From positions 205,397 through 269,396 of the forward strand of contig NZ_FOJP01000010.1 of NCBI RefSeq assembly GCF_900111835.1: a DNA stretch of 64,000 bases, read 5' to 3'. Position 1 is the first letter of the stretch; the number at the start of each line of letters is the position of its first letter. The notes below the pieces were generated by a model, which was not told the origin of the DNA, did not search any database, and worked only from the letters and a program-made list of their open reading frames with translations. Made by a program: the position numbers and the translations under genes. Positions 39,525 to 48,823 of this stretch are shown in pieces. Origin of the DNA: Metapseudomonas otitidis. Lineage in GTDB: Bacteria > Pseudomonadota > Gammaproteobacteria > Pseudomonadales > Pseudomonadaceae.

Positions 39525-40709
39525 GTGCAGATGGACCTTCACATCCCCACCCTGGTGCTGGTGGACGTCTACATCCTCGCCCTGCTCGGCATCCTCGCCG
39601 GGCGGGCCTGGCGTCGCGGCACCCCGGAGCCGACCCTCGGCTACCTGAGCCTGACCCTGCTGCTCGGCGCCTTCTGCACCGTGCTCGGCAGCCTGCGCGG
39701 CCTGGGCATGGACTGGGTGCCGATCATCATCGGCAACGTTCTGCTGCAGCTCAGCTGCGCCGCCAGCTGGACCTCCATGCGGGTGTTCGCCGGCCGGCCC
39801 GTTCATCTCGCCGGCTTCCTCGCCGGGCCGCTGCTGTGGTTGGCGCTCTGCGCCGTGCCGGCGTTCTACGCCTCGCTGCCGGCGCGGATCATGCTCAGCT
39901 GCGTGCTGATGATCACCTACACCGCCCTCGCGGCCTTCGAGCTGTGGCGCGCCCGGCGCAGCCTGCAGGTGTCCATCGCCCCGGCCATGGCGCTGCACCT
40001 CATGCACGTGGCGACCTACGGCGTGCGCCTGGCGCTGGACCGGGGCGAGCCGTTCCAGCGGCTGGTCAACGGCCAGGCCAGCCCCTTCTTCGCGATGCTG
40101 GTGTTCGAGACGCTGCTGTACGCCATCGGCGTCGCCTTCGTCACCCTGGCCATGGTCCGTGAGCGGGCCGAGCTGCAGTACAAGCACGCCGCCTACAGCG
40201 ACCCGCTGACCGGTGTCGGCAACCGCCGTGCCTTCATGGATTCCGGCCAGGCCCTGCTGGAGCGCTGCGCACGGCGCGGGGAGGGCGTGGTGCTGCTGCT
40301 CTGCGACCTGGACAACTTCAAGCGCCTCAACGACTCCTACGGCCACGCCAGCGGCGACGCCGCCCTGGTGGACTTCACCCGTATCGTCGCCGCGCGCATG
40401 CGTCGGCACGACGTGTTCGGGCGCATCGGTGGGGAAGAGTTCGCCTGCCTGCTGGCCGATGCCGACGGCGCCACCGCCGTGCTGGTGGCCGAGCGCATCC
40501 GCCGCGAGTTCGCCGAGAGCTGCCCCGAGGCACCGGGGCCGCTCAGCGTCAGCATCGGCGTGGCCGGCAGTGGCGAGGCGGGGTACGACCTGTCGCGGTT
40601 GCTGTCCCTGGCGGACAAGGCCCTGTACCGGGCCAAGGCCCAGGGGCGCAACCGCGTGGAGTGCTACCGCGAGGCCCCGGCCGAGCCCAGCGGCGAGTCG
40701 GCGGCCTGA
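39525..40709 (+). CDS. diguanylate cyclase (GGDEF) with N-terminal membrane sensor domain
   Basis: Seven TM segments then GGEEF (RIGGEEFACLL) and RxxD I-site. Confidence 0.85.
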   Translation: MQMDLHIPTLVLVDVYILALLGILAGRAWRRGTPEPTLGYLSLTLLLGAFCTVLGSLRGLGMDWVPIIIGNVLLQLSCAASWTSMRVFAGRPVHLAGFLAGPLLWLALCAVPAFYASLPARIMLSCVLMITYTALAAFELWRARRSLQVSIAPAMALHLMHVATYGVRLALDRGEPFQRLVNGQASPFFAMLVFETLLYAIGVAFVTLAMVRERAELQYKHAAYSDPLTGVGNRRAFMDSGQALLERCARRGEGVVLLLCDLDNFKRLNDSYGHASGDAALVDFTRIVAARMRRHDVFGRIGGEEFACLLADADGATAVLVAERIRREFAESCPEAPGPLSVSIGVAGSGEAGYDLSRLLSLADKALYRAKAQGRNRVECYREAPAEPSGESAA

Positions 40710-40737
40710 GCCGTCGGCCTCCGTTGCTGGGCGGCCT

Positions 40738-42468
40738 TCAGGCCGCCACGGGAAGGGGGTGGACCAGGCCGTTGTTCAGCGCCTCCAGCAACTGCTGGCG
40801 CAGGGCGGCGGCCCGTGGCGGGTCTTCCGCCTGCAGGTGGTCGATGGCCTGGTGCAGCTGGGCGAGGGGGTTCTCCTCCCGCATCACGTTGGTCAGCGAC
40901 AGGCTGGCGATGGCGTCTTCGAAGCGGCCGTGCCGGATGTGGTCCAGCAGCAGGGCTTCGTCCAGCCTGCGTTCGGCGCTTTGCATCGCTTGCAGCCGAG
41001 CTTGCAGGGCCTGGGCCCTGGCCGTGTCGCCCAGGGCCAGGTAGGCCAGGCCGATGGCTTCCAGGTAAATGCCGAGGTCCTCGTCGTCTTCCAGGGCCTC
41101 GGCCTGCTGCGCATCGTCCAGGGTGACGAGGCAGGCCTCCACCCAGCGCAGGGCGCGGGGTGCTTCGCCCAGGTCGCGCAGCAGCGGGGCCTGCTCGGCC
41201 AGCTTGGTCACGCGGCCGTCCAGGTCCAGGGCGGCATTCAGCTGCTCGAGCTCCTCCAGGTGCGTGCGCACCCCGTAGGCGTCGCGCTGGTGCGCCGGCA
41301 GGGCGGCCTGCTGGCGCAGCCAGCCTTCCAGGGCGAACAGGCGCAGCCAGCCCCAGTTGTCCTCGCCACGGATCCGCTCCAGCTCGATCAACGCCTGGCG
41401 CCGCAGCTCGTCGGCCCAGGACGGGTGCCGGCCGAGGTGGTGCTCCCACAGGGTGAGCAGCAGCCAGATGCGCTGGCCCGGCTCGTGGGCGCGGGAGTCC
41501 AGCAGGGCGTTGGCCTGGGCCAGGTCGCCCTGCTCGGCGTGCCAGTCCACCAGGCGCAGCAGCAGTTCGTCGTAGTGATGCACCGGCGCGCAGTCCACCA
41601 CCCGCAGCGCGGTATCCGGCTGCGCCATGGCCAGGGCGTGGTCCATCAGCTCGGTGTGGGTGAAGTAGCCGGTCTGCTCGCCCAGGTCGGCCAGCAGTTC
41701 GAAGGCGGCCTCGGTCTGGCCACCCTCCATCAAGGCCAGCACGGCCTGGCCCTGTTCCTCCACCGGCAGTTGCCTGGCCAGCGCCAGGGCACGGGGCACC
41801 TCGCCCAGTTCGGCAAGGCCAGCGAGCACCGCCTTCAGGTCATGGAGGGGCAGGCTGGTGTCCGGCTCCGGGTGGGCCAGCAGCTCCCAGGCCCGCTCCA
41901 GGCTGCGCAGGGCCGCCTGGGGTTGCTGCAGGCGACGCTGCAGCCCGGCGAGGATGAGGTTCTGCGGGCCGGACAGGCTCTGGCCGGTGCCCTGTTCCTG
42001 TTGCTGGGTGAGGGTGTCGAGCTGGGCTCGGGCCTGGGCGTCCTGGCCGCAGGCGAGCAGCAGCGGGATCTGCAGCAGCGGCGACTCCGGCAGCGGACGC
42101 TCCAGGCGCTCCAGCAGGGACAGCGCCGCGTGCGGGTCCTGGGCTTCCAGGTAGTGCTCCAGCATGTTGTCCAGGGCGCTCTGCTGGTAGCCGTCGCGCA
42201 GCTCGGCCAGGGCGGTGAGTGCGGCCTGTTCCTCGCCGGCACGCAGCAGCGCCGGGGCCACCTGGTGCAATGCCAGCTGGCGGGCCTCGCCTTGCAGGCC
42301 CTGGGCCATGTCCAGCGCCAGGCGCGGCTCGAACAGGCTCAGCAGGGCCGTGCGGTTCACCTGGCCAGCCTCCTGCAGATAGGCTTCCAGGCTGCCGTCG
42401 TCGCGGTTGACGGCGTACAGCACCGCCGCGATGAGCACGACCACGACCAGGGCAATGAGTAGTTCCAT
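40738..42468 (-). CDS. membrane-anchored TPR-like repeat protein (hypothetical)
   Basis: N-terminal signal-anchor MELLIALVVVVLIAAVLY, Ala/Leu-rich helical repeats; start is an internal Met of ORF 40738..42654. Confidence 0.5.
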   Translation of the reverse strand: MELLIALVVVVLIAAVLYAVNRDDGSLEAYLQEAGQVNRTALLSLFEPRLALDMAQGLQGEARQLALHQVAPALLRAGEEQAALTALAELRDGYQQSALDNMLEHYLEAQDPHAALSLLERLERPLPESPLLQIPLLLACGQDAQARAQLDTLTQQQEQGTGQSLSGPQNLILAGLQRRLQQPQAALRSLERAWELLAHPEPDTSLPLHDLKAVLAGLAELGEVPRALALARQLPVEEQGQAVLALMEGGQTEAAFELLADLGEQTGYFTHTELMDHALAMAQPDTALRVVDCAPVHHYDELLLRLVDWHAEQGDLAQANALLDSRAHEPGQRIWLLLTLWEHHLGRHPSWADELRRQALIELERIRGEDNWGWLRLFALEGWLRQQAALPAHQRDAYGVRTHLEELEQLNAALDLDGRVTKLAEQAPLLRDLGEAPRALRWVEACLVTLDDAQQAEALEDDEDLGIYLEAIGLAYLALGDTARAQALQARLQAMQSAERRLDEALLLDHIRHGRFEDAIASLSLTNVMREENPLAQLHQAIDHLQAEDPPRAAALRQQLLEALNNGLVHPLPVAA

Positions 42469-42668
42469 GGGCTTCCCTTTCCTGTGTTCCATGCGCCCGA
42501 CCGGGCGCGGCGTCGGTCTTATAAAGGCCGTCGCCGGGCCTGGCAACCCGCGCTGCGCATACCTGGGACTGATTGCCCATTTCCGCCCCGCGCGCCGCCG
42601 TACGGGCCGGGCATGGGGGGCGCTTTCAAGGTAGACTTGCCGCCTTTTCGCCAACCAGGACGCCCTTC

Positions 42669-43208
42669 ATGGCCCTCCAAGCGACGCCTTACAAAGTCGA
42701 ACTCAACCTCACCGACCTGGACCGTGGCGTCTACGAGACCCTGCGCTTCACCGTGGCCCGGCACCCCTCCGAGACTGAGGAGCGCCTGGCGGTCCGCCTG
42801 ATCGCCTACGGCCTCTGGTACCACGAGCAGCTGGCCTTCGGCCGTGGCCTGTCGGACGTGGACGAGCCGGCGCTGTGGGAGAAGAGTCTGGACGACCGTG
42901 TGCTGCACTGGATCGAAGTCGGCCAGCCCGATGCCGAGCGCATCACCTGGTGCTCGCGCCGCTGCGAACGCTTCAGCCTGCTGGCCTACGGCAGCCTGCG
43001 GGTGTGGCAGACCAAGGTGCTGGACAGCGTGCGCAACCTGAAGAACATCAACGTCGTCGCCGTCGGCCAGGAAGCCCTGGAAGAACTGGCCCGCGACCTG
43101 CCGCGTTCCATCAGCTGGACCCTGATGATCAGCGACGGCTCGCTGTTCATCACCGACGAACGCGGCCAGCACGACGTGCCGCTGGAATGGCTGGTCGGCG
43201 AACGCTGA
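42669..43208 (+). CDS. YaeQ family protein
   Basis: ATPYKVELNLTDLDRGVYETLRFTVARHPSETEERL matches the YaeQ N-terminus. Confidence 0.75.
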   Translation: MALQATPYKVELNLTDLDRGVYETLRFTVARHPSETEERLAVRLIAYGLWYHEQLAFGRGLSDVDEPALWEKSLDDRVLHWIEVGQPDAERITWCSRRCERFSLLAYGSLRVWQTKVLDSVRNLKNINVVAVGQEALEELARDLPRSISWTLMISDGSLFITDERGQHDVPLEWLVGER

Positions 43209-43242
43209 TCCATCCCCTTTTCGCCCCGGAAGACCGAGTCGC

Positions 43243-44958
43243 ATGCGTATCGAGCCCCGCCCCCTGCCCGCCACACTGCCCGACCTGGGCAACCTGCCGC
43301 CCCTGCTGACCCGCCTCTACGCCGCCCGTGGCGTGAGCTGCGCGGAGGAGCTGGACAAGGGCCTGGCGCGGCTCATCCCCTACACGCAGATGAAGGGCAT
43401 CGACGCCGCGGTGACGCTGCTGGTGGAGGCCCTGGAGCAGCGCCAGCGCATCCTCTTCGTCGGTGATTTCGACGCCGACGGCGCCACCGCCAGCTGCGTC
43501 GGCGTGCTCGGCCTGCGCATGCTCGGCGCCGCCCACGTCGACTACCTGGTGCCCAACCGCTTCGAGTACGGCTACGGGCTGACCCCGGAGATCGTCGCCG
43601 TCGCCCTGCAGCGCGAACCGCAGCTGCTGGTGACCGTGGACAACGGCATCTCCAGCGTCGACGGCGTGGCCGCCGCCAAGGCCGCCGGGCTCAAGGTGCT
43701 GGTCACCGACCACCACCTGCCGGGCCCGGAACTGCCGGCGGCGGACGCCATCGTCAACCCCAACCAGCCGGGCTGCGAGTTCCCCAGCAAGTCCATGGCC
43801 GGGGTCGGGGTGATCTTCTACGTGCTGCTGGCCCTGCGCGCGCGCCTGCGCGAGCTGGGCTGGTTCGCCGGGCGCGGCATGGCCGAGCCGAACCTCGCCG
43901 AGCTGCTGGACCTGGTGGCCCTGGGCAGCGTCGCCGACGTGGTGCCGCTGGACGCCAACAACCGCATCCTGGTGCACCAGGGCCTGGCGCGCATCCGCGC
44001 CGGCCGTGCCCGTCCCGGCCTCAAGGCGCTGCTGGAGGTGGCCGGCCGCCCGGCGGCGCGCATCACCTCCACCGACCTCGGCTTCATCCTCGGCCCGCGC
44101 CTCAACGCCGCCGGCCGCCTGGACGACATGAGCCTGGGCATCGAATGCCTGCTCTGCGAAGACCAGGCCCTGGCCCAGGACATGGCCGTGGAGCTGGACC
44201 AGCTCAACCAGGACCGCAAGCAGATCGAGCAGGGCATGCAGCGCGAGGCCCTGGCCCAGCTCAAGGACCTGCCGCTGGAAGACCTGCCGTTCGGCCTCTG
44301 CCTGTTCGAGCCGGACTGGCACCAGGGCGTCATCGGCATCCTCGCCTCGCGCCTCAAGGAGCGTTACCACCGCCCGACCATCGCCTTCGCCGATGCCGGT
44401 GACGGCCTGCTCAAGGGCTCGGCGCGCTCGGTGCCGGGGTTCCACATCCGCGATGCGCTGGACGCCGTCGCCGCCCGCCATCCGGGGCTGATCAGCAAGT
44501 TCGGCGGCCACGCCATGGCCGCCGGCCTGTCGCTGCCGGTGGAGCATTTCGGCGCCTTCGCCAGCGCTTTCGACGCCGAGGTGCGCCGCCAGCTCACCGA
44601 GGACGACCTCACCGGCCGCCTGCTCTCCGACGGCCAGCTGAGCCTGCAGGAATTCCACCTGGAACTGGCCCGCGCCCTGCGCCAGGCCGGCCCCTGGGGC
44701 CAGCACTTCCCCGAGCCGCTGTTCCACGGCGTGTTCCAGATCGCCCAGCAGCGCCTGGTGGGCGAACGCCACCTGAAGCTGGTGCTCAAGAGCGAGTGCG
44801 GCTCCCTGCAGCTGGACGGCATCGCCTTCAACATCGACCGCGACGTCTGGCCGAACCCCACCGTGCGCTGGGCCGAGCTGGCCTACCGCCTGGACGTGAA
44901 CGAGTTTCGCGGGCAGGAGAGCGTGCAGTTGATGGTGGTGCACATCGCCCCGCGCTAG
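43243..44958 (+). CDS. recJ: single-stranded-DNA-specific exonuclease RecJ
   Basis: DHH (ILFVGDFDADGATA, VTDHH) and DHHA1 motifs, C-terminal OB domain. Confidence 0.95.
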   Translation: MRIEPRPLPATLPDLGNLPPLLTRLYAARGVSCAEELDKGLARLIPYTQMKGIDAAVTLLVEALEQRQRILFVGDFDADGATASCVGVLGLRMLGAAHVDYLVPNRFEYGYGLTPEIVAVALQREPQLLVTVDNGISSVDGVAAAKAAGLKVLVTDHHLPGPELPAADAIVNPNQPGCEFPSKSMAGVGVIFYVLLALRARLRELGWFAGRGMAEPNLAELLDLVALGSVADVVPLDANNRILVHQGLARIRAGRARPGLKALLEVAGRPAARITSTDLGFILGPRLNAAGRLDDMSLGIECLLCEDQALAQDMAVELDQLNQDRKQIEQGMQREALAQLKDLPLEDLPFGLCLFEPDWHQGVIGILASRLKERYHRPTIAFADAGDGLLKGSARSVPGFHIRDALDAVAARHPGLISKFGGHAMAAGLSLPVEHFGAFASAFDAEVRRQLTEDDLTGRLLSDGQLSLQEFHLELARALRQAGPWGQHFPEPLFHGVFQIAQQRLVGERHLKLVLKSECGSLQLDGIAFNIDRDVWPNPTVRWAELAYRLDVNEFRGQESVQLMVVHIAPR

Positions 44959-44981
44959 CCCCCGTTCCCGCCCGCGGGTTC

Positions 44982-45290
44982 TCAGCGCGGGCGGATCGCC
45001 TCGGGCTCCACTTCCGCCGTGTGCCCGGGGCCCAGTTCCAGCAGGACGTGGAACGCCCCGCTCGGGCGTTCGAAGGTGAAGCTGGAGTCCTCGCCCAGGG
45101 TGCCGTGGATGAGCACCTGCCCCTCATCGTCGAGCACGTCCAGGGTCGCCCCCGGCGTGGCGGTGCCGTCCGAGAGACCGCCCACGCAGCGCACTTGCGT
45201 GGCATCCAGGGCCTGGCATTCGCAGTAGATCCCGTGGCCCCAGGCGTTGCCACCGGCCAGCAGGAGCAGGGCACCGAGCCAGCGCTTCAT
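44982..45290 (-). CDS. small secreted Cys-containing protein (hypothetical)
   Basis: Signal peptide MKRWLGALLLLAGGNAWG then CECQ...C; 4-bp overlap with the upstream gene. Confidence 0.45.
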   Translation of the reverse strand: MKRWLGALLLLAGGNAWGHGIYCECQALDATQVRCVGGLSDGTATPGATLDVLDDEGQVLIHGTLGEDSSFTFERPSGAFHVLLELGPGHTAEVEPEAIRPR

Positions 45291-45817
45291 CGGCCACCTC
45301 CACGCTTGCCGAGCCAGGCCACCACGTCGGGGGAGGCCTGGGCGAGGGGCAGGGCGGCCTGGTGCACCGAGCCGTCCCAGCCTTCCACCGTCAGCCACAG
45401 CTCGGCGTCCGCCGGGGCGTCCTCGGGGATGCGCACTTCCGCCAGGCGCCGGTAGGGGCTGCCCGAGGCGAGGGCGCCGGCCGCGCGCAGGTAGCGCGGC
45501 TTGCCCACGCGCAGGTAGGCCGCCTTGATCGCGGCGTCGCACTCGCGGCAGAACGCCAGGCTGAAGTCCTTCATGTAGCCGGCCTTGCCCTCGCGCACCG
45601 GCTCGCCCCGTTCCCATTCCGCCAGGCGCACGTGCCAGGGGCCGACCGCCAGCTCGCCGATGGGGCGCTCGCCCAGGCCCTGGAGGCCGCGCTCCAGGCT
45701 GGCTTCGTGGAAGTAGGCGGGCATGTAGCCGAGGGGGATGAGCACCAGCAGGGCGCTCAGGTGGAAGCGCCAGCGCAGCCAGAGGCGGGCAGGGCGGGAG
45801 CGGACGGGGGCGGTCAT
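45287..45817 (-). CDS. hypothetical membrane protein in the PepSY operon
   Basis: 176 aa with one TM; 4-bp overlaps on both sides. Confidence 0.45.
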   Translation of the reverse strand: MTAPVRSRPARLWLRWRFHLSALLVLIPLGYMPAYFHEASLERGLQGLGERPIGELAVGPWHVRLAEWERGEPVREGKAGYMKDFSLAFCRECDAAIKAAYLRVGKPRYLRAAGALASGSPYRRLAEVRIPEDAPADAELWLTVEGWDGSVHQAALPLAQASPDVVAWLGKRGGGR

Positions 45818-46995
45818 TCGGTCACCTCGGTGGCGGGGCGCGGGGTGGGCCGTGGGCGCGGCGGGCGTTTCATCGCCTTGGCGGTGGCCAGCACGGTGCG
45901 TTTGCTCCAGATCAGCAGGCCGCTGAGCACCATCAGCGTCAGCAGCAGGCCGAACACGAACCACAGCAGCTTGACCCAGATGCCGCCGAAATCGCCGGTG
46001 TGCAGCGGGCGCATGGACTCGGTGACGAACTCCAGGGCGTTGCGGTCGCCGAGCAGGTGAGAGCCCAGCAGGGTGCCGTCGTAGGGGTTCACCTCAGCGG
46101 TCTGGAACATCAGCGGGTACCAGCCCCGGCCGCCCACCTCCAGCGGGGTGAAGGCGTCCGCCGGGAAGATCACGAAGCTCACCTCGAAGCCGGGGATGGT
46201 GCGCGTCGCCACCTCCACCGCCTGGTCCACGCAGATGCGCGGCACCGGCTGGCCGGGCTCGGGGCGCGGCAGCGCCTCGCGGGCGATCAGCGTGGGCGGG
46301 CCTTCGCTGGAGATGGAGATGTGGTTGTCGTAGAGCACCGCGCGGATCAGGAACCAGGTGCCGGTGACGGCGATCACCGCGATGAACCAGATGGACCAGA
46401 TGCCCACCAGGCGGTGGAAGTCGCCCCAGAAGATCCGCGCGCCCTGGCGGATGCGCAGGGTCGGCCGCAGGAAGCCGCGCCAGAAGCGCTTGTACACCAC
46501 CAGGCCGGTGACCAGCGAGGCGAGCATCGGCAGGGCCAGCAGCGACACCAGGTACCAGCCCCAGCTGTAGCCGTTGGTGAAGGGCACCAGCCACCAGCCG
46601 TGCAGGGCGCGGGTGAACTGGCGGAAGTCGAACAGCGGGCTGCTGCCCTGGATCACCCCGGTGTACGGGTTGACGTAGAGCGTGGCGGTGCGGGTGTCGG
46701 GGTAGCTGACCGCCGCCGTGAGGGCGAAGTGGTCCTCCTCCGGCTTGGCCAGCCACTCGATGGCGGCATCCGGCTGCTGGCGGGCGATGGCGGCGACGAC
46801 CTGGTCGAAGCCGAGGGGCTGGGCGTCATCGGCGGGGCGGGTGGCGCGCACGTCGGGGTTGGCCAGCCAGATGATCTCCTCACTGAGCACCGCCAGGGTG
46901 CCGGTGGCGCAGACGAGGAAGACGAAGAACCAGATCGGCAGGGCCAGCCAGCTGTGGACCAGGAACCAGGTTCGCGAGCGGGACTTCTTGGACAT
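45814..46995 (-). CDS. PepSY-associated TM helix domain protein
   Basis: Four TM segments with characteristic spacing and His residues (YSWGWYLVSLLALP, FHRLVGIWSIWF). Confidence 0.8.
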   Translation of the reverse strand: MSKKSRSRTWFLVHSWLALPIWFFVFLVCATGTLAVLSEEIIWLANPDVRATRPADDAQPLGFDQVVAAIARQQPDAAIEWLAKPEEDHFALTAAVSYPDTRTATLYVNPYTGVIQGSSPLFDFRQFTRALHGWWLVPFTNGYSWGWYLVSLLALPMLASLVTGLVVYKRFWRGFLRPTLRIRQGARIFWGDFHRLVGIWSIWFIAVIAVTGTWFLIRAVLYDNHISISSEGPPTLIAREALPRPEPGQPVPRICVDQAVEVATRTIPGFEVSFVIFPADAFTPLEVGGRGWYPLMFQTAEVNPYDGTLLGSHLLGDRNALEFVTESMRPLHTGDFGGIWVKLLWFVFGLLLTLMVLSGLLIWSKRTVLATAKAMKRPPRPRPTPRPATEVTE

Positions 46996-47042
46996 GACGG
47001 AGCGCGGTCCTGACTGTTCGGGGCGATGAAAAAGACCGCCCG

Positions 47043-47072
47043 CCGGGATGGCGGGCGGAAACTAGCCAAAGG
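47043..47072 (-). terminator. rho-independent terminator (minus strand) after 47205..47507
   Basis: ccgcccgccgggatggcgggcgg followed on the minus strand by tcttttt. Confidence 0.5.
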
Positions 47073-47204
47073 GGCGCTCGGCACCGGCCCGCCCCGGCAA
47101 GGGCGCGGCAGGTGCATGGAGAGGAGTGCCTAACAGTAAGGACGGATGAGCGCGGAAAAACCGACAGGGTCAGGTGAAAGAAAATGTTTCCGCGCCGGCC
47201 GGGC

Positions 47205-47507
47205 TCAGCCCATGTGGGAGCTGGAGCGGCGCACGAACTTGATGGAGTGCTTCAGGGTGGGCTTGCGGGTGACGCTGATGGCGCGGCGGGTCACCGTGTC
47301 GATGGTGATGTTCCAGAAGCCGGTGCTGGGCACCGTGATGCGCGCCGGGAAGCGGTCGAAGGCGCCGCCGTGGTAGGTGTGGCGGCCGCCGTTCTTGAAG
47401 CTGCGGAAGTTGGCATCGCTCATCAGGCGGATGTTGCAGACCTGCGAGCACTCGATGACGACCAGGTCGCCTTCGTTGAGGTGTTCGCGTTGATGGATGA
47501 ACTTCAT
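47205..47507 (-). CDS. small conserved hypothetical protein (DUF1883-like)
   Basis: 100 aa; MKFIHQREHLNEGDLVVIECSQVCNIRLMSDANF pattern. Confidence 0.45.
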   Translation of the reverse strand: MKFIHQREHLNEGDLVVIECSQVCNIRLMSDANFRSFKNGGRHTYHGGAFDRFPARITVPSTGFWNITIDTVTRRAISVTRKPTLKHSIKFVRRSSSHMG

Positions 47508-47749
47508 GGCAAGGCTCCGGAGCAGGGGTGACGCGGGGGCGCAACGATAGCACGGCCGGCCCGCGTCCCGCTGCCCCGGGCGCGGCGTGCGCGACGGAAT
47601 GCCCGGATTCGCCAGGGCGCGGTTGCCGGGCGCCGATGGCCCGGGAATGATCCCCCGCTGCGGGCGCGAGCCCGGTCTACGCTGCGCAGCGAAAGATCGC
47701 AATTCCTGCAAATCCGCTGCCGCTAGCGTCTGGTCCAGGGAGGCTGACC

Positions 47750-48586
47750 ATGAAACCCGAAACCCTCGCTCACTATGCCCGCCGCATCGACCCGGTGCTG
47801 CGCTGGCTGGCTGCTCACCCGGACGCCGATCCGGACCTCCACCACCTGGCGGAGCTGGCCTGCCTGTCGCCGTACCACTTCCACCGCGTGTACCGCGCGA
47901 TGCTCGGCGAGACGGTCAATGCCACGGTCCAGCGGCTGCGCATGCACCGCGCGGCGGTGGCCCTGGCCGGTACGGGGGATTCGCTGGAACGGGTCGGCCG
48001 GCGTGCCGGGTACAGCTCGCACGCCGCCTTCAACCGCGCCTTTGGCGCCCACTTCGGGCTGCCCCCGGGACGCTACCGCGAAACCCGGGCCCGCCCGCTC
48101 GACCCCCAGGAGCTCGCCATGTACCCCATCGCCATCGAAACCTTCCCAGGCGCCGTCCTCGCCACGCTGCCGCACCAGGGCAGCTACCAGGGCATCGGCC
48201 CGTTGTTCGGCCGCGCCTTCATGCTCGCCATGGGCCAGGGGCTGCTCGGCCCCGACTGCCTGATGTACGGCGTCTACTTCGACGACCCGGCCCAGGTGCC
48301 CGAGGCGCGCCTGCGCTCGCTGGCGGGCATTTCCGTGTCCCCGCAGGCGGTGATCGGCGGCGAGCTGGAGCGCTACGAGATCCCCGCCGGGCGCTGCGCC
48401 ATGCTCACCTACACCGGGCCCTACAACGAGATGGGTAAGGCCTATGACTGGCTGTACTCGCGCTGGCTGCCGGAGAGCGGGCTGGAGCCGGGCGACTGCC
48501 CGATGTTCGAGCAGTACCTGAACGACCCGCGCAGCACCCCGCCCGCCCAGTTGCAGACGCGCATCTGCATGATGCTCGCGGGCTGA
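47750..48586 (+). CDS. AraC-family transcriptional regulator with C-terminal GyrI-like effector-binding domain
   Basis: N-terminal HTH_AraC (LSPYHFHRVYRAMLGET...) plus a GyrI-like domain. Confidence 0.85.
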   Translation: MKPETLAHYARRIDPVLRWLAAHPDADPDLHHLAELACLSPYHFHRVYRAMLGETVNATVQRLRMHRAAVALAGTGDSLERVGRRAGYSSHAAFNRAFGAHFGLPPGRYRETRARPLDPQELAMYPIAIETFPGAVLATLPHQGSYQGIGPLFGRAFMLAMGQGLLGPDCLMYGVYFDDPAQVPEARLRSLAGISVSPQAVIGGELERYEIPAGRCAMLTYTGPYNEMGKAYDWLYSRWLPESGLEPGDCPMFEQYLNDPRSTPPAQLQTRICMMLAG

Positions 48587-48823
48587 CGCCCGGCGCCGCC
48601 TTCCCGGGGGAAGGCGGCGCGATAGTTTGCAGAATCCGCAACTGAGTATTTGTCCTGTCCGATGTATCCCGAGCAACCGCTTGGCTAGAGTCCGGCGCAC
48701 AACCATTACAACAACGCCGAGCACTGCCATGCCTGACGCCTCGTTCGCCCTGCGCCCCGTCCCCTCGTCCTGATCCGCGCCCGTCGCCGCGCCTTCAACT
48801 TCCCTACCGGACGAGGACTTCCC

